Part shown: positions 10,480 to 20,422 of the stretch, in pieces | Layout: every line of letters begins with the position of its first letter | Position numbering within the stretch: position 1 is the first letter of the stretch | Source of the DNA: an uncultured Clostridia bacterium | GTDB taxonomy: Bacteria > Bacillota > Clostridia > TANB77 > CAG-465 | NCBI GenBank assembly: GCA_944386605.1 | Contig: CALXBS010000004.1 | Span: forward strand, 1-58,909 | Length of the DNA: 58,909 nt | Direction: 5' to 3' | The notes under the pieces: generated by a model | The model's database searches: none | Seen by the model: the letters and a program-made list of their open reading frames with translations, nothing else | Told to the model about the DNA's origin: nothing | Made by a program: the position numbers and the translations under genes

Positions 10480-11067
10480 ATGAAAAATTATTATGAAATA
10501 TTAGAAGTAAACCCAAAAGCAAGTATGGATATCATTCACAAAGTTTTTAAAATTCACATCAAAAAATGGCATCCTGATTTATACCAGGGAGAAGAAAAAA
10601 TACAGGCAGAACAAAAAACAAAAGAATTAACCGAAGCCTATGAAACTTTATCCGATGAGAAAAAAAGAGCAGAATATGATGAAATTTTAGAACAAAATAA
10701 CAATGACTCCAAGCTACAAAATCTCATGGTAGAAAATGAAAACTTGAAAAATGGAATTGAAAAAAGAGATTATATTATTCGAAACTTGTTAGAAAAAGCA
10801 GGACTTCGTTTAGAAGAAGATCCATATGATTCTTCTTATGAGGAAGAAGAAGAGGAAATGTTTGATACTCAGTATGATGAGACTTATGAAAATTATAAGC
10901 AAAAAAAAGCAGAATTTGAAAGAGATTATCAAGAAACCCAAAACAAAAATTTTCAAGGATTTCTTTTTAAAATTATTGTTTGCTTTTTCATCATTGCTAT
11001 TGGAATATCTATTATCTATGTTCTTTATCATAATTTATTATCTTATTTTTCGACACAATCTCTTTAA
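10480..11067 (+). CDS. J-domain (DnaJ-like) protein with a C-terminal TM anchor
   Basis: N-terminal YYEILEV...HPD J-domain signature, an acidic middle region, and a C-terminal hydrophobic helix. Confidence 0.75.
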   Translation: MKNYYEILEVNPKASMDIIHKVFKIHIKKWHPDLYQGEEKIQAEQKTKELTEAYETLSDEKKRAEYDEILEQNNNDSKLQNLMVENENLKNGIEKRDYIIRNLLEKAGLRLEEDPYDSSYEEEEEEMFDTQYDETYENYKQKKAEFERDYQETQNKNFQGFLFKIIVCFFIIAIGISIIYVLYHNLLSYFSTQSL

Positions 11068-11084
11068 AAATAAAAAAACAAATG

Positions 11085-11112
11085 AAGCCGTTTTTAAAAC
11101 GGCTTTTTTATT
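11085..11112. terminator. bidirectional terminator
   Basis: AAGCCGTTTT/AAAACGGCTT hairpin followed by a T-run, between convergent genes. Confidence 0.7.
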
Positions 11113-11114
11113 TT

Positions 11115-12596
11115 CTATAAAATAATACAAATTAGTCCTCCACTTCCCTCATTAATAATTTTTTGTAATGTTTCTTGTAATTTCATTTGAGCCTCATCTG
11201 GCATTCTATATAATTTATTATGAAGGCCTTCATTTACCAGTTCATGTAAAGATTTTCCGAAAATATTAGATTCCCAAATCTTTCTTGGATCTGTTTCAAA
11301 TTCACTTAATAAATATTTTACCAAATCCTCAGACTGCTTTTCACTTCCAACAATAGGAGACACTTCAGTTTCTATGTTTGCTTTAATCATGTGAATCGAA
11401 GGTGCAGACGCCTTTAGCTTAACCCCGTACTTATTTCCCTGTTTTACAATTTCTGGTTCTTCAAGTGTAAGTTCATCAATTTGAGGAGTTACAATTCCAT
11501 ATCCTTTTACTCTTACCTCTTCTAAAGCCATCGCTATTTTGTCATATTCTTGTTTGGTTTTTGAAAAATCTTTTAATAAAGTAAATATGTCTTCATCTGA
11601 CTGAATTTGAAAAGAAGAAATTTCACTTAACACTTTATAAAACATTTTTGGACTAATATTCATCTTGATTTGAATGCTTCCATCTTCCATTTTAGCATTT
11701 TCAATTTTTATTTCTTCAAATATTTCATTTTCATTACTAAGTCTACCAATGACATCTTGAATTTGTCTTAAAGAATAATCTTCTTGAAAATTTTCTCTTA
11801 CAAGATTAATTACATCTTGTTTTAGCCAGTGTTCTAAATCTAGTATGCTAAACCATTCCGGTAATTTAAATCCCATTTCTGTTACTGGGAATTCTTCTAA
11901 AACTCTTTCAAATACTTGCCCAATTTCTTTTTCCGTAATGTTAACTGCGTCAATTGGAATAACAGCAGAATCATATTTCTCACTCAAGTCTTCTGCTAAT
12001 TTTCGTGTTTCTTCTGCATTTGGATGTGTAGAATTTAATAACACAACAAAAGGCTTATTAATTTCTTTTAATTCATTGATCACTCTCATTTCTGCGTCTA
12101 CATAATTTTCTCTTGCAAGATCTGTAATCGTTCCATCCGTTGTCACAACAAATCCTATTGTAGAATGATCTGTAATCACTTTTTTCGTTCCAATTTCTGC
12201 AGCTCTTGCAAATGGCATATCTTCTTCAGACCATGGGGTTCTTACCATTCTAGGCAAATCATTTTCTAAATGTCCTACTGCTCCATCTACTAAATATCCA
12301 ACACAATCTACTAGTCTTGTTTTAAAACTAATTTTATTATCTAGTGTAATTTCTACTGATTCATTAGGGATAAATTTAGGTTCTGTAGTCATAATGGTCT
12401 TTCCAGAAGCACTTTGAGGTAATTCATCTTTTGCTCTATCTTGTTTATATGAATTACTAATATTAGGAATCACAAGTCTTTCCATAAAGTTTTTTATAAA
12501 TGTAGATTTACCACTTCGAACAGGTCCTACAACACCAATATATATATCACCATTTGTTCTTGATGATATATCCTTATAAATATCTAAATCTTTCAT
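11115..12596 (-). CDS. spoIVA: stage IV sporulation protein A
   Basis: 493 aa. N-terminus is MKDLDIYKDISSRTNGDIYIGVVGPVRSGKSTFIK, with a Walker A motif. Typical SpoIVA length. Confidence 0.93.
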   Translation of the reverse strand: MKDLDIYKDISSRTNGDIYIGVVGPVRSGKSTFIKNFMERLVIPNISNSYKQDRAKDELPQSASGKTIMTTEPKFIPNESVEITLDNKISFKTRLVDCVGYLVDGAVGHLENDLPRMVRTPWSEEDMPFARAAEIGTKKVITDHSTIGFVVTTDGTITDLARENYVDAEMRVINELKEINKPFVVLLNSTHPNAEETRKLAEDLSEKYDSAVIPIDAVNITEKEIGQVFERVLEEFPVTEMGFKLPEWFSILDLEHWLKQDVINLVRENFQEDYSLRQIQDVIGRLSNENEIFEEIKIENAKMEDGSIQIKMNISPKMFYKVLSEISSFQIQSDEDIFTLLKDFSKTKQEYDKIAMALEEVRVKGYGIVTPQIDELTLEEPEIVKQGNKYGVKLKASAPSIHMIKANIETEVSPIVGSEKQSEDLVKYLLSEFETDPRKIWESNIFGKSLHELVNEGLHNKLYRMPDEAQMKLQETLQKIINEGSGGLICIIL

Positions 12597-12694
12597 TTTT
12601 TACCTCCAGTTTAACTATTTAATACCAATATATTCTAAAAAAATGGTAATATGATAAAAAAATAATAAATTCAGATATTTCATTCATTCTTTTT

Positions 12695-12733
12695 AAAAAA
12701 AGAGAAAAACCAGATCATTTTCTATCCAGTTTT
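12695..12733 (-). terminator. putative terminator after the response-regulator gene
   Basis: 10-bp stem. Its two imperfect positions are G-U wobbles only in the minus-strand RNA. A U-run follows. Confidence 0.5.
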
Positions 12734-12741
12734 TCTTCTAT

Positions 12742-13128
12742 TTATTCTTTTATCTCTTTATATTTTTCAATACATTCTTCCAAAATTCCTACATTACAAA
12801 TTGGTTTTTGAATGATTTTAATCACCTTTTGATCGTTTGCTCTTTGAAATAAATTTAAATTTTTATCACCGGTCACTAAAACAAATTGAGGATTTTTCTC
12901 TAAATGCAACTCATTGATTTTGGTTATAAGATCAATTCCATTCAGTTTTGGCATTGTATTATCTGTAAATACTAAATCAGGGTGCAAATCTAGTATTTTT
13001 TCATAGGCTTCTTCGCCATCTTGAGCGCATCCAATTACATTTATTTCCTCATTCGTTTCTAACATATCTTTTAACATTTGTAAAATAATTTCCATATCAT
13101 CTGCGATTAATACATTGATTTTTGTCAT
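12742..13128 (-). CDS. single-domain response regulator (CheY/Spo0F-like receiver)
   Basis: 128 aa. Carries the DD pair (LIADDME), the phospho-acceptor context LVFTDNTMP, and a conserved K-P (QKPI). No output domain. Confidence 0.8.
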   Translation of the reverse strand: MTKINVLIADDMEIILQMLKDMLETNEEINVIGCAQDGEEAYEKILDLHPDLVFTDNTMPKLNGIDLITKINELHLEKNPQFVLVTGDKNLNLFQRANDQKVIKIIQKPICNVGILEECIEKYKEIKE

Positions 13129-13275
13129 AAGCTCTCCTTTCTTGTCGTATATGGTCGAAAAATTTACATAATATTTGGATGTTACATGTATTATACCACG
13201 TAAAGTCCTATTAGTCTACTAAAATGGACTTTTTTTTAAAATTTATTGATATAATTTTTATATAAGGGGGGAAAT

Positions 13276-13512
13276 ATGAAGTTAACTGACGCTATTCGTA
13301 AAAGAATTAATTATTATTTAAGAAATAATAATATGACAGTATGGCAATTGTATAAAGCAACAGGAATTCCAAAATCCACTTTATGTGCTATTATTAACGG
13401 AACTTCTAAAATTCCTAGAAACGATACCCTACTTCATATTTGTGAAGGGTTTGGAATAACCCTTAGAGAATTTTATGACGATGAATTGTTCGAAAATGTG
13501 GAACAAGATTAA
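13276..13512 (+). CDS. XRE-family helix-turn-helix protein
   Basis: 78 aa with an HTH_3-like segment (WQLYKATGIPKSTLCAIING). Confidence 0.75.
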   Translation: MKLTDAIRKRINYYLRNNNMTVWQLYKATGIPKSTLCAIINGTSKIPRNDTLLHICEGFGITLREFYDDELFENVEQD

Positions 13513-13530
13513 AAATTTGCTTTTTCTAGG

Positions 13531-13568
13531 AAAAAAGCAGGAAGTTTTTGAATGCTTCCTGCTTTTTA
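13531..13568. terminator. bidirectional terminator
   Basis: AGCAGGAAG-N10-CTTCCTGCT flanked by A- and T-runs. Confidence 0.75.
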
Positions 13569-13572
13569 AGTT

Positions 13573-14247
13573 TTATCCTTTCATTAAAACTTTCAAATGC
13601 CTTGCTCCATCCCTAAAAGGTCTTAAATGTGGCTTCCTATCTCTTTTATCTTTTCGAAAAGCAATATCCACCTCTGTCATTTTTAAATTCTTTTTTTTGG
13701 CTTGAATAAGCATTTCTGTAGCATATTCCATTCCATCATAGCTTAAATTTAATGCCTGCAATTTATCCTTTTGATATCCACGAAGTCCAGAATTAAAATC
13801 TTGAATACCTATTCCATATTTTACATTTCCAATAAAGGAAATAACAGGGGTTCCAACATAACGATGTAAAAACGGCATAGCGCCTTTTTCTATATTTTTA
13901 TTTAAACGGTTTCCAATAACAAGCTCATATCCTTCTGTTAATTTATCATAAATTTCTTTTAAATGATAAAAATCATAAGACATATCCGCGTCTCCCATAA
14001 TGACAAATTTTCCCTTTGCCTCTTTCGTTCCTTCTCTTAAAGCACTTCCATATCCCTTTTTCTTTACTTCAACAACTCTTGCTCCCAGGTTATCTGCTAT
14101 TTTTACGGACTTATCTGTACTTCCATTATCTGCAATTAATACCTCTCCATCAATTTGGTTTTCTTCCAAAAATTGTTTTGCCTCTTGAATTACTTGCCCT
14201 AATGTTTTCTCTTCATTTAAACATGGTATTAATAACGTTAAATCCAT
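13573..14247 (-). CDS. family 2 glycosyltransferase (polyprenyl-phosphate glycosyltransferase-like)
   Basis: Motifs LLIPCLNEE, IADNGSTD and MGDADMSYD (a DxD motif). Confidence 0.8.
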   Translation of the reverse strand: MDLTLLIPCLNEEKTLGQVIQEAKQFLEENQIDGEVLIADNGSTDKSVKIADNLGARVVEVKKKGYGSALREGTKEAKGKFVIMGDADMSYDFYHLKEIYDKLTEGYELVIGNRLNKNIEKGAMPFLHRYVGTPVISFIGNVKYGIGIQDFNSGLRGYQKDKLQALNLSYDGMEYATEMLIQAKKKNLKMTEVDIAFRKDKRDRKPHLRPFRDGARHLKVLMKG

Positions 14248-14256
14248 ATCTTCCTC

Positions 14257-15303
14257 CTATTTTAACATTTCTTTTGCAATTTCTCCTCCTCCTAAAACAA
14301 CATCTCCTATATAAAAAACTATAGATTGTCCTGGAGTAATCGCTCTTACTTTTTCTTCAAATTTCACTGTTAATGTTTGATCTTGATTCACAAAAATAGT
14401 TGCTTTTTTTCCTTCTGCTGCATAGCGCACCTTAGCAGTAACAACTGTTCCATCCTCTATTTTTTCTCCTAATAAAAGATTTACATTTTCTACTTTTACC
14501 TGATCTGAAAAAATATCTTTTTCCTCTCCTACTACCAGTTCATTTTTCTTTTCATCTAAATAAATCACATACAATGGATGTACACTTGCAATACCCATTC
14601 CTCTCCTTTGACCAATGGTATAACGATGTAACCCCTCATGTCTTCCTAAAATATGGTGCTCCTTGTTAACAATATTTCCTGGTTTCTTTTTTTGCTTCAT
14701 ATGTTGTTCTAAAAATCGTACATAATCATGATCTGGAATAAAACAAATATCTTCACTATCTTTTTTATCTGCTACTTTTAATCCATATTTTCTTGCAATT
14801 TCTCTAATTTCTTCTTTTTCTTGAAACCCTCCTAAAGGAAATAAAATATAAGGTAAAACCTCCTTAGGAATACTATATAGTACATAACTTTGATCTTTTT
14901 TAATAGAATCGGATTTTTTTAATACATAACTTTGATACGTTTCATCATACTCGACTTTTGCATAATGTCCTGTTGCGATATATTTGCAACCAAATTCTTT
15001 TGCTTTTTCATACATAAGTCCAAATTTTAAATAACGATTACATTTAATACATGGATTTGGCGTATAACATTTCTCATATTTTTCAATAAAATCGGAAATC
15101 ACATTTTGTTCAAATTCTTTTCTTGCGTCAATTACATAATGTTTGATGTGTAACTTTTTACAAACTTCTTGTGCAGAAGTAATATCCTCTAATTTAGATA
15201 AATGCATGGTTACCCCAATTACTTCATATCCTTGTTGTTGTAGCAAGATTGCAGCTACAGAGCTATCTACGCCACCACTCATCCCTAATAATACTTTTTC
15301 CAC
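14257..15303 (-). CDS. mnmA: tRNA 2-thiouridine(34) synthase
   Basis: PP-loop motif LLGMSGGVDSSVAA. 348 aa with an MnmA-typical layout. Confidence 0.93.
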   Translation of the reverse strand: MEKVLLGMSGGVDSSVAAILLQQQGYEVIGVTMHLSKLEDITSAQEVCKKLHIKHYVIDARKEFEQNVISDFIEKYEKCYTPNPCIKCNRYLKFGLMYEKAKEFGCKYIATGHYAKVEYDETYQSYVLKKSDSIKKDQSYVLYSIPKEVLPYILFPLGGFQEKEEIREIARKYGLKVADKKDSEDICFIPDHDYVRFLEQHMKQKKKPGNIVNKEHHILGRHEGLHRYTIGQRRGMGIASVHPLYVIYLDEKKNELVVGEEKDIFSDQVKVENVNLLLGEKIEDGTVVTAKVRYAAEGKKATIFVNQDQTLTVKFEEKVRAITPGQSIVFYIGDVVLGGGEIAKEMLK

Positions 15304-15435
15304 CGTTTCCTCCTACTTTTATCACCTATTATATTTTATTTTGCTAATTTTGTCAACCAAACGCAAACTAGAGCGTTCTTCCTATTTTTTATTGCCATTT
15401 ACACAATTTTCTGATATAATAAGGATGGTGATTTT

Positions 15436-15927
15436 ATGGATTTTATAGATAGGAATCATTTACACGCTATTCCTAACTTTTTAGAAAATGCTCATGAGCC
15501 TATTAATATTCATTATGTTTCTAATAGTTTAGAAGATACAACGGCTCTTGCTAACTACCTAGCCCCTTATTTTAAACAAGGTGATATTATTGTATTAAAC
15601 GGAGAGTTAGGTTCTGGAAAAACAGCATTTTTAACAGGAATTGCGCAATTTTTTCATATAGAAGATAAAATATCGAGTCCTACCTTTACCATTGTAAATG
15701 AATATGACATTGCTAATCATTGTCCTATTTATCATTTTGATGTTTATCGTTTAGAAAATAGCGATGAATTTTTAGAAGGAATTGGAACCGATTATTTTGA
15801 TACTGGAATTTGTTTTATTGAATGGGGAAATATTATCAAAGACATTTTACCCGCTAAAACCATTTATATAGATATTACAAAAGACTTAAAAAACGATACC
15901 ACTAGGTATTTTCATATAAGGAGGTAA
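15436..15927 (+). CDS. tsaE: tRNA t6A biosynthesis ATPase TsaE
   Basis: P-loop LNGELGSGKTAF and SPTFT motif. Followed by tsaB and rimI in the conserved order. Confidence 0.85.
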   Translation: MDFIDRNHLHAIPNFLENAHEPINIHYVSNSLEDTTALANYLAPYFKQGDIIVLNGELGSGKTAFLTGIAQFFHIEDKISSPTFTIVNEYDIANHCPIYHFDVYRLENSDEFLEGIGTDYFDTGICFIEWGNIIKDILPAKTIYIDITKDLKNDTTRYFHIRR

Positions 15928-15930
15928 ATT

Positions 15931-16650
15931 ATGAATATACTGGCTATTGATACAACCACTAAGGTTGCGAGTGTTTCTTTTTTAAAACAAAATGTGATTT
16001 ATCATCATCAAATTGATAATGAAATTACACATTCAGAAAAGTTACTACCTTTAATTGATCAAACATTAAAAGAAGCCAATGTAACCATTGCAAATGTAGA
16101 TGAATATGCTTGCATGAATGGTCCAGGTTCCTTTACAGGAATTCGTATCGGACTTGCTACTTTAAAAGCTTTTGCACAAGTACAAAACAAAAAGATTTTT
16201 TCGCTTACATCGTTAGATACGATTGCTTATTCTGCTTTTTTAACATTTAATGTAGAATATATTATATCCATCATAGACGCAAAAAACGATAGAATTTACT
16301 ATCAAATGACAAAACTACAAAAACAAAAAAATGGAAAAATTTCACTTACAAGTGTCATAGAACCATCTAATGAGCTAATTGATGATGCCATTTATATATT
16401 GAAAAAATACTTAACTGAAAATGCAATTAAAAATGTAGTGGTTGCAGGAAATGCAGTCAATCAATTTAAAGACAAACTAAGTGTACTTAGTCAAAATTTA
16501 TCGGACTTTTATCCTACCCCTACTACATTAATTACGGCGCTTTCTCAAATTGAAAATCCTGCCGCTTATACTTTTGACGCATACACTTTAGACGCTACTT
16601 ATGCAAGACTTTCACAAGCAGAAAGGTTGCAAAATCATGAAAAAATCTAA
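15931..16650 (+). CDS. tsaB: tRNA t6A biosynthesis protein TsaB
   Basis: YeaZ-like N-terminus (ILAIDTTT..., GPGSFTGIRIG). An AGGAGG RBS overlaps the tsaE stop. Confidence 0.85.
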   Translation: MNILAIDTTTKVASVSFLKQNVIYHHQIDNEITHSEKLLPLIDQTLKEANVTIANVDEYACMNGPGSFTGIRIGLATLKAFAQVQNKKIFSLTSLDTIAYSAFLTFNVEYIISIIDAKNDRIYYQMTKLQKQKNGKISLTSVIEPSNELIDDAIYILKKYLTENAIKNVVVAGNAVNQFKDKLSVLSQNLSDFYPTPTTLITALSQIENPAAYTFDAYTLDATYARLSQAERLQNHEKI

Positions 16651-17092
16651 TCCATTAGAAATACAAGAATTAAAAGAACAAGATATTTTGCTATTAAAAA
16701 AAATAGAAGAAGAACAAAATATATCAATTACTTCTCTTACTACTTTTTCACAAGCATTGCATTCTACCAATTATCACTATTTTGTGGCAAAATATCAAGA
16801 AGAAATTGTTGGATATATTGGAATCTCTACTGTATTAGATACAATGGATATTTTAGCAATTGTTGTAAAAAAAGAGTATCAACGACAAAATATTGCTTCT
16901 TCCTTACTAAGTTATATTTTATCTATTCCAAATATCCATACTTATTTATTGGAAGTAAGAGCTTCTAATCTGCCAGCTCAGAAATTATATGAGAAGTTTC
17001 ATTTTCAAAAAATTCATGTAAGAAAAAAATATTATCCTGACAATTTAGAAGATGCCTATATTTATGAATTAAAAAAATTGGATGAGCCTTAA
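16637..17092 (+). CDS. rimI: ribosomal-protein-alanine N-acetyltransferase (GNAT)
   Basis: GNAT core (VVKKEYQRQNIASSLL). Start set to ATG 16637, which overlaps the tsaB end. The conserved position after tsaB supports the call. Confidence 0.8.
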   Translation: MKKSNPLEIQELKEQDILLLKKIEEEQNISITSLTTFSQALHSTNYHYFVAKYQEEIVGYIGISTVLDTMDILAIVVKKEYQRQNIASSLLSYILSIPNIHTYLLEVRASNLPAQKLYEKFHFQKIHVRKKYYPDNLEDAYIYELKKLDEP

Positions 17093-17109
17093 AGCCATCC
17101 AATTTTTCA

Positions 17110-17805
17110 TTATTCTATTGTAATACTATTTGTTTTTGTAATTAAAGCATTATATTCATCAATAAAAGTTTGATCCGTTGATTTTAATACATCATCTTCA
17201 ATAAACCATTTATCTTTATTTGCAGTTAAATAATCTAATACTTCTAAAACAGAAGCTAAAAATTCATCAAATTTAGTATCTGCTGCAATAATGGTATCTA
17301 CTCCCTCTTTTAATTTCATGTTGCTTTCTACATCTTTGTATAAAGTTGCAAATTTATCCGTTAAACCATTATCTGCGATTTTTTTATTCATTTCTTCTTC
17401 AGAAACAATTGCCTTTAAAGCATTAGAAGCTGCTATATTTTCATCTTTGATTGCTTGTACTGCAGGTCTTGTATTTGCAAAATCAGGACCATCTGTTTTA
17501 AGTACTTCAATGTTTAATGGTTGTAAAGAAGCAAATTCTGTATAATTAGCAGTTAAAATGTCTGCACTTTCCATATAGGTTTTAAAATCATTTTTTACAA
17601 TTCCTTCTACTACACCATACATTCCTTTAGTTGTAATATCTGTATTGATATTGGTTTCTGATAAACTATTAATAGATGTCGTAAATTTATTTTTCTGATC
17701 GATTTCATCAAAAATAAAAAAGGCTGCTACTCCTACACAAGCAATTAATATTATTGGTAATACAATAAATAACAAGATTTTTTGACTCTTTTTCACATAA
17801 ATCAC
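17110..17805 (-). CDS. hypothetical membrane-anchored protein
   Basis: 231 aa with an N-terminal TM helix and a helical extracytoplasmic part. No family recognised. Confidence 0.55.
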   Translation of the reverse strand: MIYVKKSQKILLFIVLPIILIACVGVAAFFIFDEIDQKNKFTTSINSLSETNINTDITTKGMYGVVEGIVKNDFKTYMESADILTANYTEFASLQPLNIEVLKTDGPDFANTRPAVQAIKDENIAASNALKAIVSEEEMNKKIADNGLTDKFATLYKDVESNMKLKEGVDTIIAADTKFDEFLASVLEVLDYLTANKDKWFIEDDVLKSTDQTFIDEYNALITKTNSITIE

Positions 17806-17972
17806 TCCTTAAATTATCTAATGCTATTATACAATTATTTCTTTCAAAAGTAAATATCTATTTTTAAAACTATAAAAATATTACTTTTTTTTTCGATTTT
17901 ATTGAATAATCTTTTTAATTATAATACAATGTAAGTGTAATTAAAACAAAAGAATATTTGGAGGAAAAACAT

Positions 17973-20396
17973 ATGAAAAAATTTAAAGAATTAAGATATA
18001 CAGAATTACGTAATGATTTTGATTCTACCATACTTAATTTCAAAGATACATCTGAAATAGAGCCTTTTAATGGGATTATAGGGCAAGAACGTGCTTTAGA
18101 AGCCATCAAATCTGCTATGCAAATTCCACAAAAAGGATTTAATCTTTATGTATCAGGAAGTATTGGAATTGGAAAAACTTCTTATGCCTTATCCGTTGTC
18201 AATAACTTAAGTTTAAAGCAAAGCGTTCCAAATGATTATTGCTACGTATATAACTTTGATAATCCAAACGAACCAATTGCCATTAGTTTGGAAGCTGGTA
18301 TGGGAACAGAGTTTAAACAAGATATGAATCGTTTTATTAATGCACTACTTGCAAGACTTTCTAAAGATCTAAGTGGTGATATGTACGAAAAAGAAAAAAA
18401 GAATATTTTAGATCGTTATGAAAATTCCAAACAACAAATTATGAAGGAATTTGAAAAATCTACTTATGAACAAGGATTTAAAGTAAGAAATACAGAGCAT
18501 GGTATTTATTTCTCCCCTGTTCATAATGGCGTTGTTTTAAATGAAAAAGAATACCATATTTTAGATGAAAAAACGAAAAAATATTTTGAAGAAAAAAGTC
18601 CTCAAATTCAAGAACAAACATTACAAGTATTAAAAGAACTGGATGCTCTAGATAAAAAAGCGGCACAAGTTATCGAAGAATGGCAAACTAATCTTACTAC
18701 CTTTGCGGTTACACAATGTATGAGTGATTTAAAAATAAAATACAAAAAGAATTTAAAAATTCAAAACTTTTTGTATTCTATTCAAAGTGATGTTGTTAAA
18801 AATATTGAAGCTTTTAAACAATATGAAGATACGATGAATAAACAAGCTAGTCCAAATCTTTCACAACAAATGCTTATGCAAAACTTAATGTTAAAAAAAG
18901 ATGTAAAACCTTGGGAAAACTATCGTGTTAATTTATTAGTAGATAATGATCGATTAACTCATGCTCCAGTAGTACTTTGCAAAAATCCAAATTATTTTGA
19001 TTTATTTGGAAAATTAGAATTTGAAACGACTTCTGCTGGTACTAGAACAAGTTACCGCTTACTAAAACCAGGTCTTGTACATAAAGCAAATGGTGGCTAC
19101 TTAATTGTCAATATTCGTGATCTATTAAATAGTATGCCTACTTGGGAAGCTTTTAAAAGAGTTTTACGTAACCAAGAACTTTCTATTGATAGCTCTCGTG
19201 ATATTTCACAACCCGTTACGGTTGTTTCTTTAAAACCAGAACCTATTCCAATTAATATGCAAGTAGTTTTAATTGGATCTGAAATGCATTATCAACAATT
19301 ATGCTCACTAGATGTAGATTTCAAAAAATTGTTTAAAGTAAAAGCAGATTTTGATGATTATTATATAAAAAATAGAGAAAATGTAAAACGTTTTATCCAG
19401 CATATCTCTTATGTTTGTAAACAATATGACTTACTTCACGTAACAAGTGATGGTATTAGAGAGTTAATTGAATATAGCTCTAGATGTGCAAGTGATAAAA
19501 GCAGAATGACGGCTATTATGCAAGATATTACAGATATTGTGATTGAAGCAAATTTTATCGCCGTAAATGCTAAAAAGAAAAAAATTAGCGAAGAAGAAAT
19601 TATAAAAGCACTAGAAACCAAGAGAAAAAGATTTTCAAAATATAACGACAATTTAAATAAAATGATTTGCGATGGAGATATCATTATTTCAACAGAAGGA
19701 GAAAAAGTAGGACAGATTAATGGACTAACTATTGCCATGACAGGAGACTGTACCTTTGGGCAACCTGTTAGAATCACTGCCAATACCTTTATTGGAAAAA
19801 GTGGAGTTGTTAACATTGAAAGAGAAGTTTCTATGAGTGGAAATACACATTCAAAAGGCGTTTATATTTTATCTGCCTATATTGGTGAAAAATATGCCCA
19901 AGATAATCCACTTTCTTTAACTGCTAGTATTTGTTTTGAACAATTGTACAATGGAATTGATGGAGATAGTGCTTCTTCAACAGAGCTTTATGCTATTCTT
20001 TCTTCTCTTGCTGGAGTCCCAATCAAGCAAAGCTTAGCTGTAACTGGATCTGTTAACCAAAAAGGCGAAATTCAACCAATTGGTGGAGTTACTGATAAAA
20101 TCGAAGGATTTTTTAGAGTATGTAAAGCAAAAGGTCTTAATAAAGAAAATGGGGTTTTAATTCCTTATCAAAATGTGAAAAATCTTACTTTAAATGACGA
20201 AGTATTAGAGGCTGTTAAAAATGGAGACTTTCACATCTACCCTATTTCTTCTATTGATGAAGGAATTGAAATTTTAACAGGAATGGAAGCTGGTAAATTA
20301 GATGAGTATGGACAATACCAAAAAGATACTATCAATTATTTGGTATCTGAAAAACTAAAAAAATATGCAGAAAAAAGCATTCAATTTAACAATTAA
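17973..20396 (+). CDS. Lon-like ATP-dependent protease (long Lon-related family with a helical insertion)
   Basis: Walker A motif GSIGIGKT and a C-terminal S16 protease domain (GIDGDSASS ... GGVTDKIEG). Start moved to ATG 17973, behind a GGAGG RBS. Confidence 0.85.
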   Translation: MKKFKELRYTELRNDFDSTILNFKDTSEIEPFNGIIGQERALEAIKSAMQIPQKGFNLYVSGSIGIGKTSYALSVVNNLSLKQSVPNDYCYVYNFDNPNEPIAISLEAGMGTEFKQDMNRFINALLARLSKDLSGDMYEKEKKNILDRYENSKQQIMKEFEKSTYEQGFKVRNTEHGIYFSPVHNGVVLNEKEYHILDEKTKKYFEEKSPQIQEQTLQVLKELDALDKKAAQVIEEWQTNLTTFAVTQCMSDLKIKYKKNLKIQNFLYSIQSDVVKNIEAFKQYEDTMNKQASPNLSQQMLMQNLMLKKDVKPWENYRVNLLVDNDRLTHAPVVLCKNPNYFDLFGKLEFETTSAGTRTSYRLLKPGLVHKANGGYLIVNIRDLLNSMPTWEAFKRVLRNQELSIDSSRDISQPVTVVSLKPEPIPINMQVVLIGSEMHYQQLCSLDVDFKKLFKVKADFDDYYIKNRENVKRFIQHISYVCKQYDLLHVTSDGIRELIEYSSRCASDKSRMTAIMQDITDIVIEANFIAVNAKKKKISEEEIIKALETKRKRFSKYNDNLNKMICDGDIIISTEGEKVGQINGLTIAMTGDCTFGQPVRITANTFIGKSGVVNIEREVSMSGNTHSKGVYILSAYIGEKYAQDNPLSLTASICFEQLYNGIDGDSASSTELYAILSSLAGVPIKQSLAVTGSVNQKGEIQPIGGVTDKIEGFFRVCKAKGLNKENGVLIPYQNVKNLTLNDEVLEAVKNGDFHIYPISSIDEGIEILTGMEAGKLDEYGQYQKDTINYLVSEKLKKYAEKSIQFNN

Positions 20397-20422
20397 TATT
20401 CTCCGTTAAAAAGGCGCCTAAT

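Noticed and set aside
12597-12741. SigE-type sporulation promoter upstream of spoIVA
   Set aside because: ATAT-rich and CATATTA-like elements are present, but their spacing does not fit the SigE consensus. It cannot be supported by eye.
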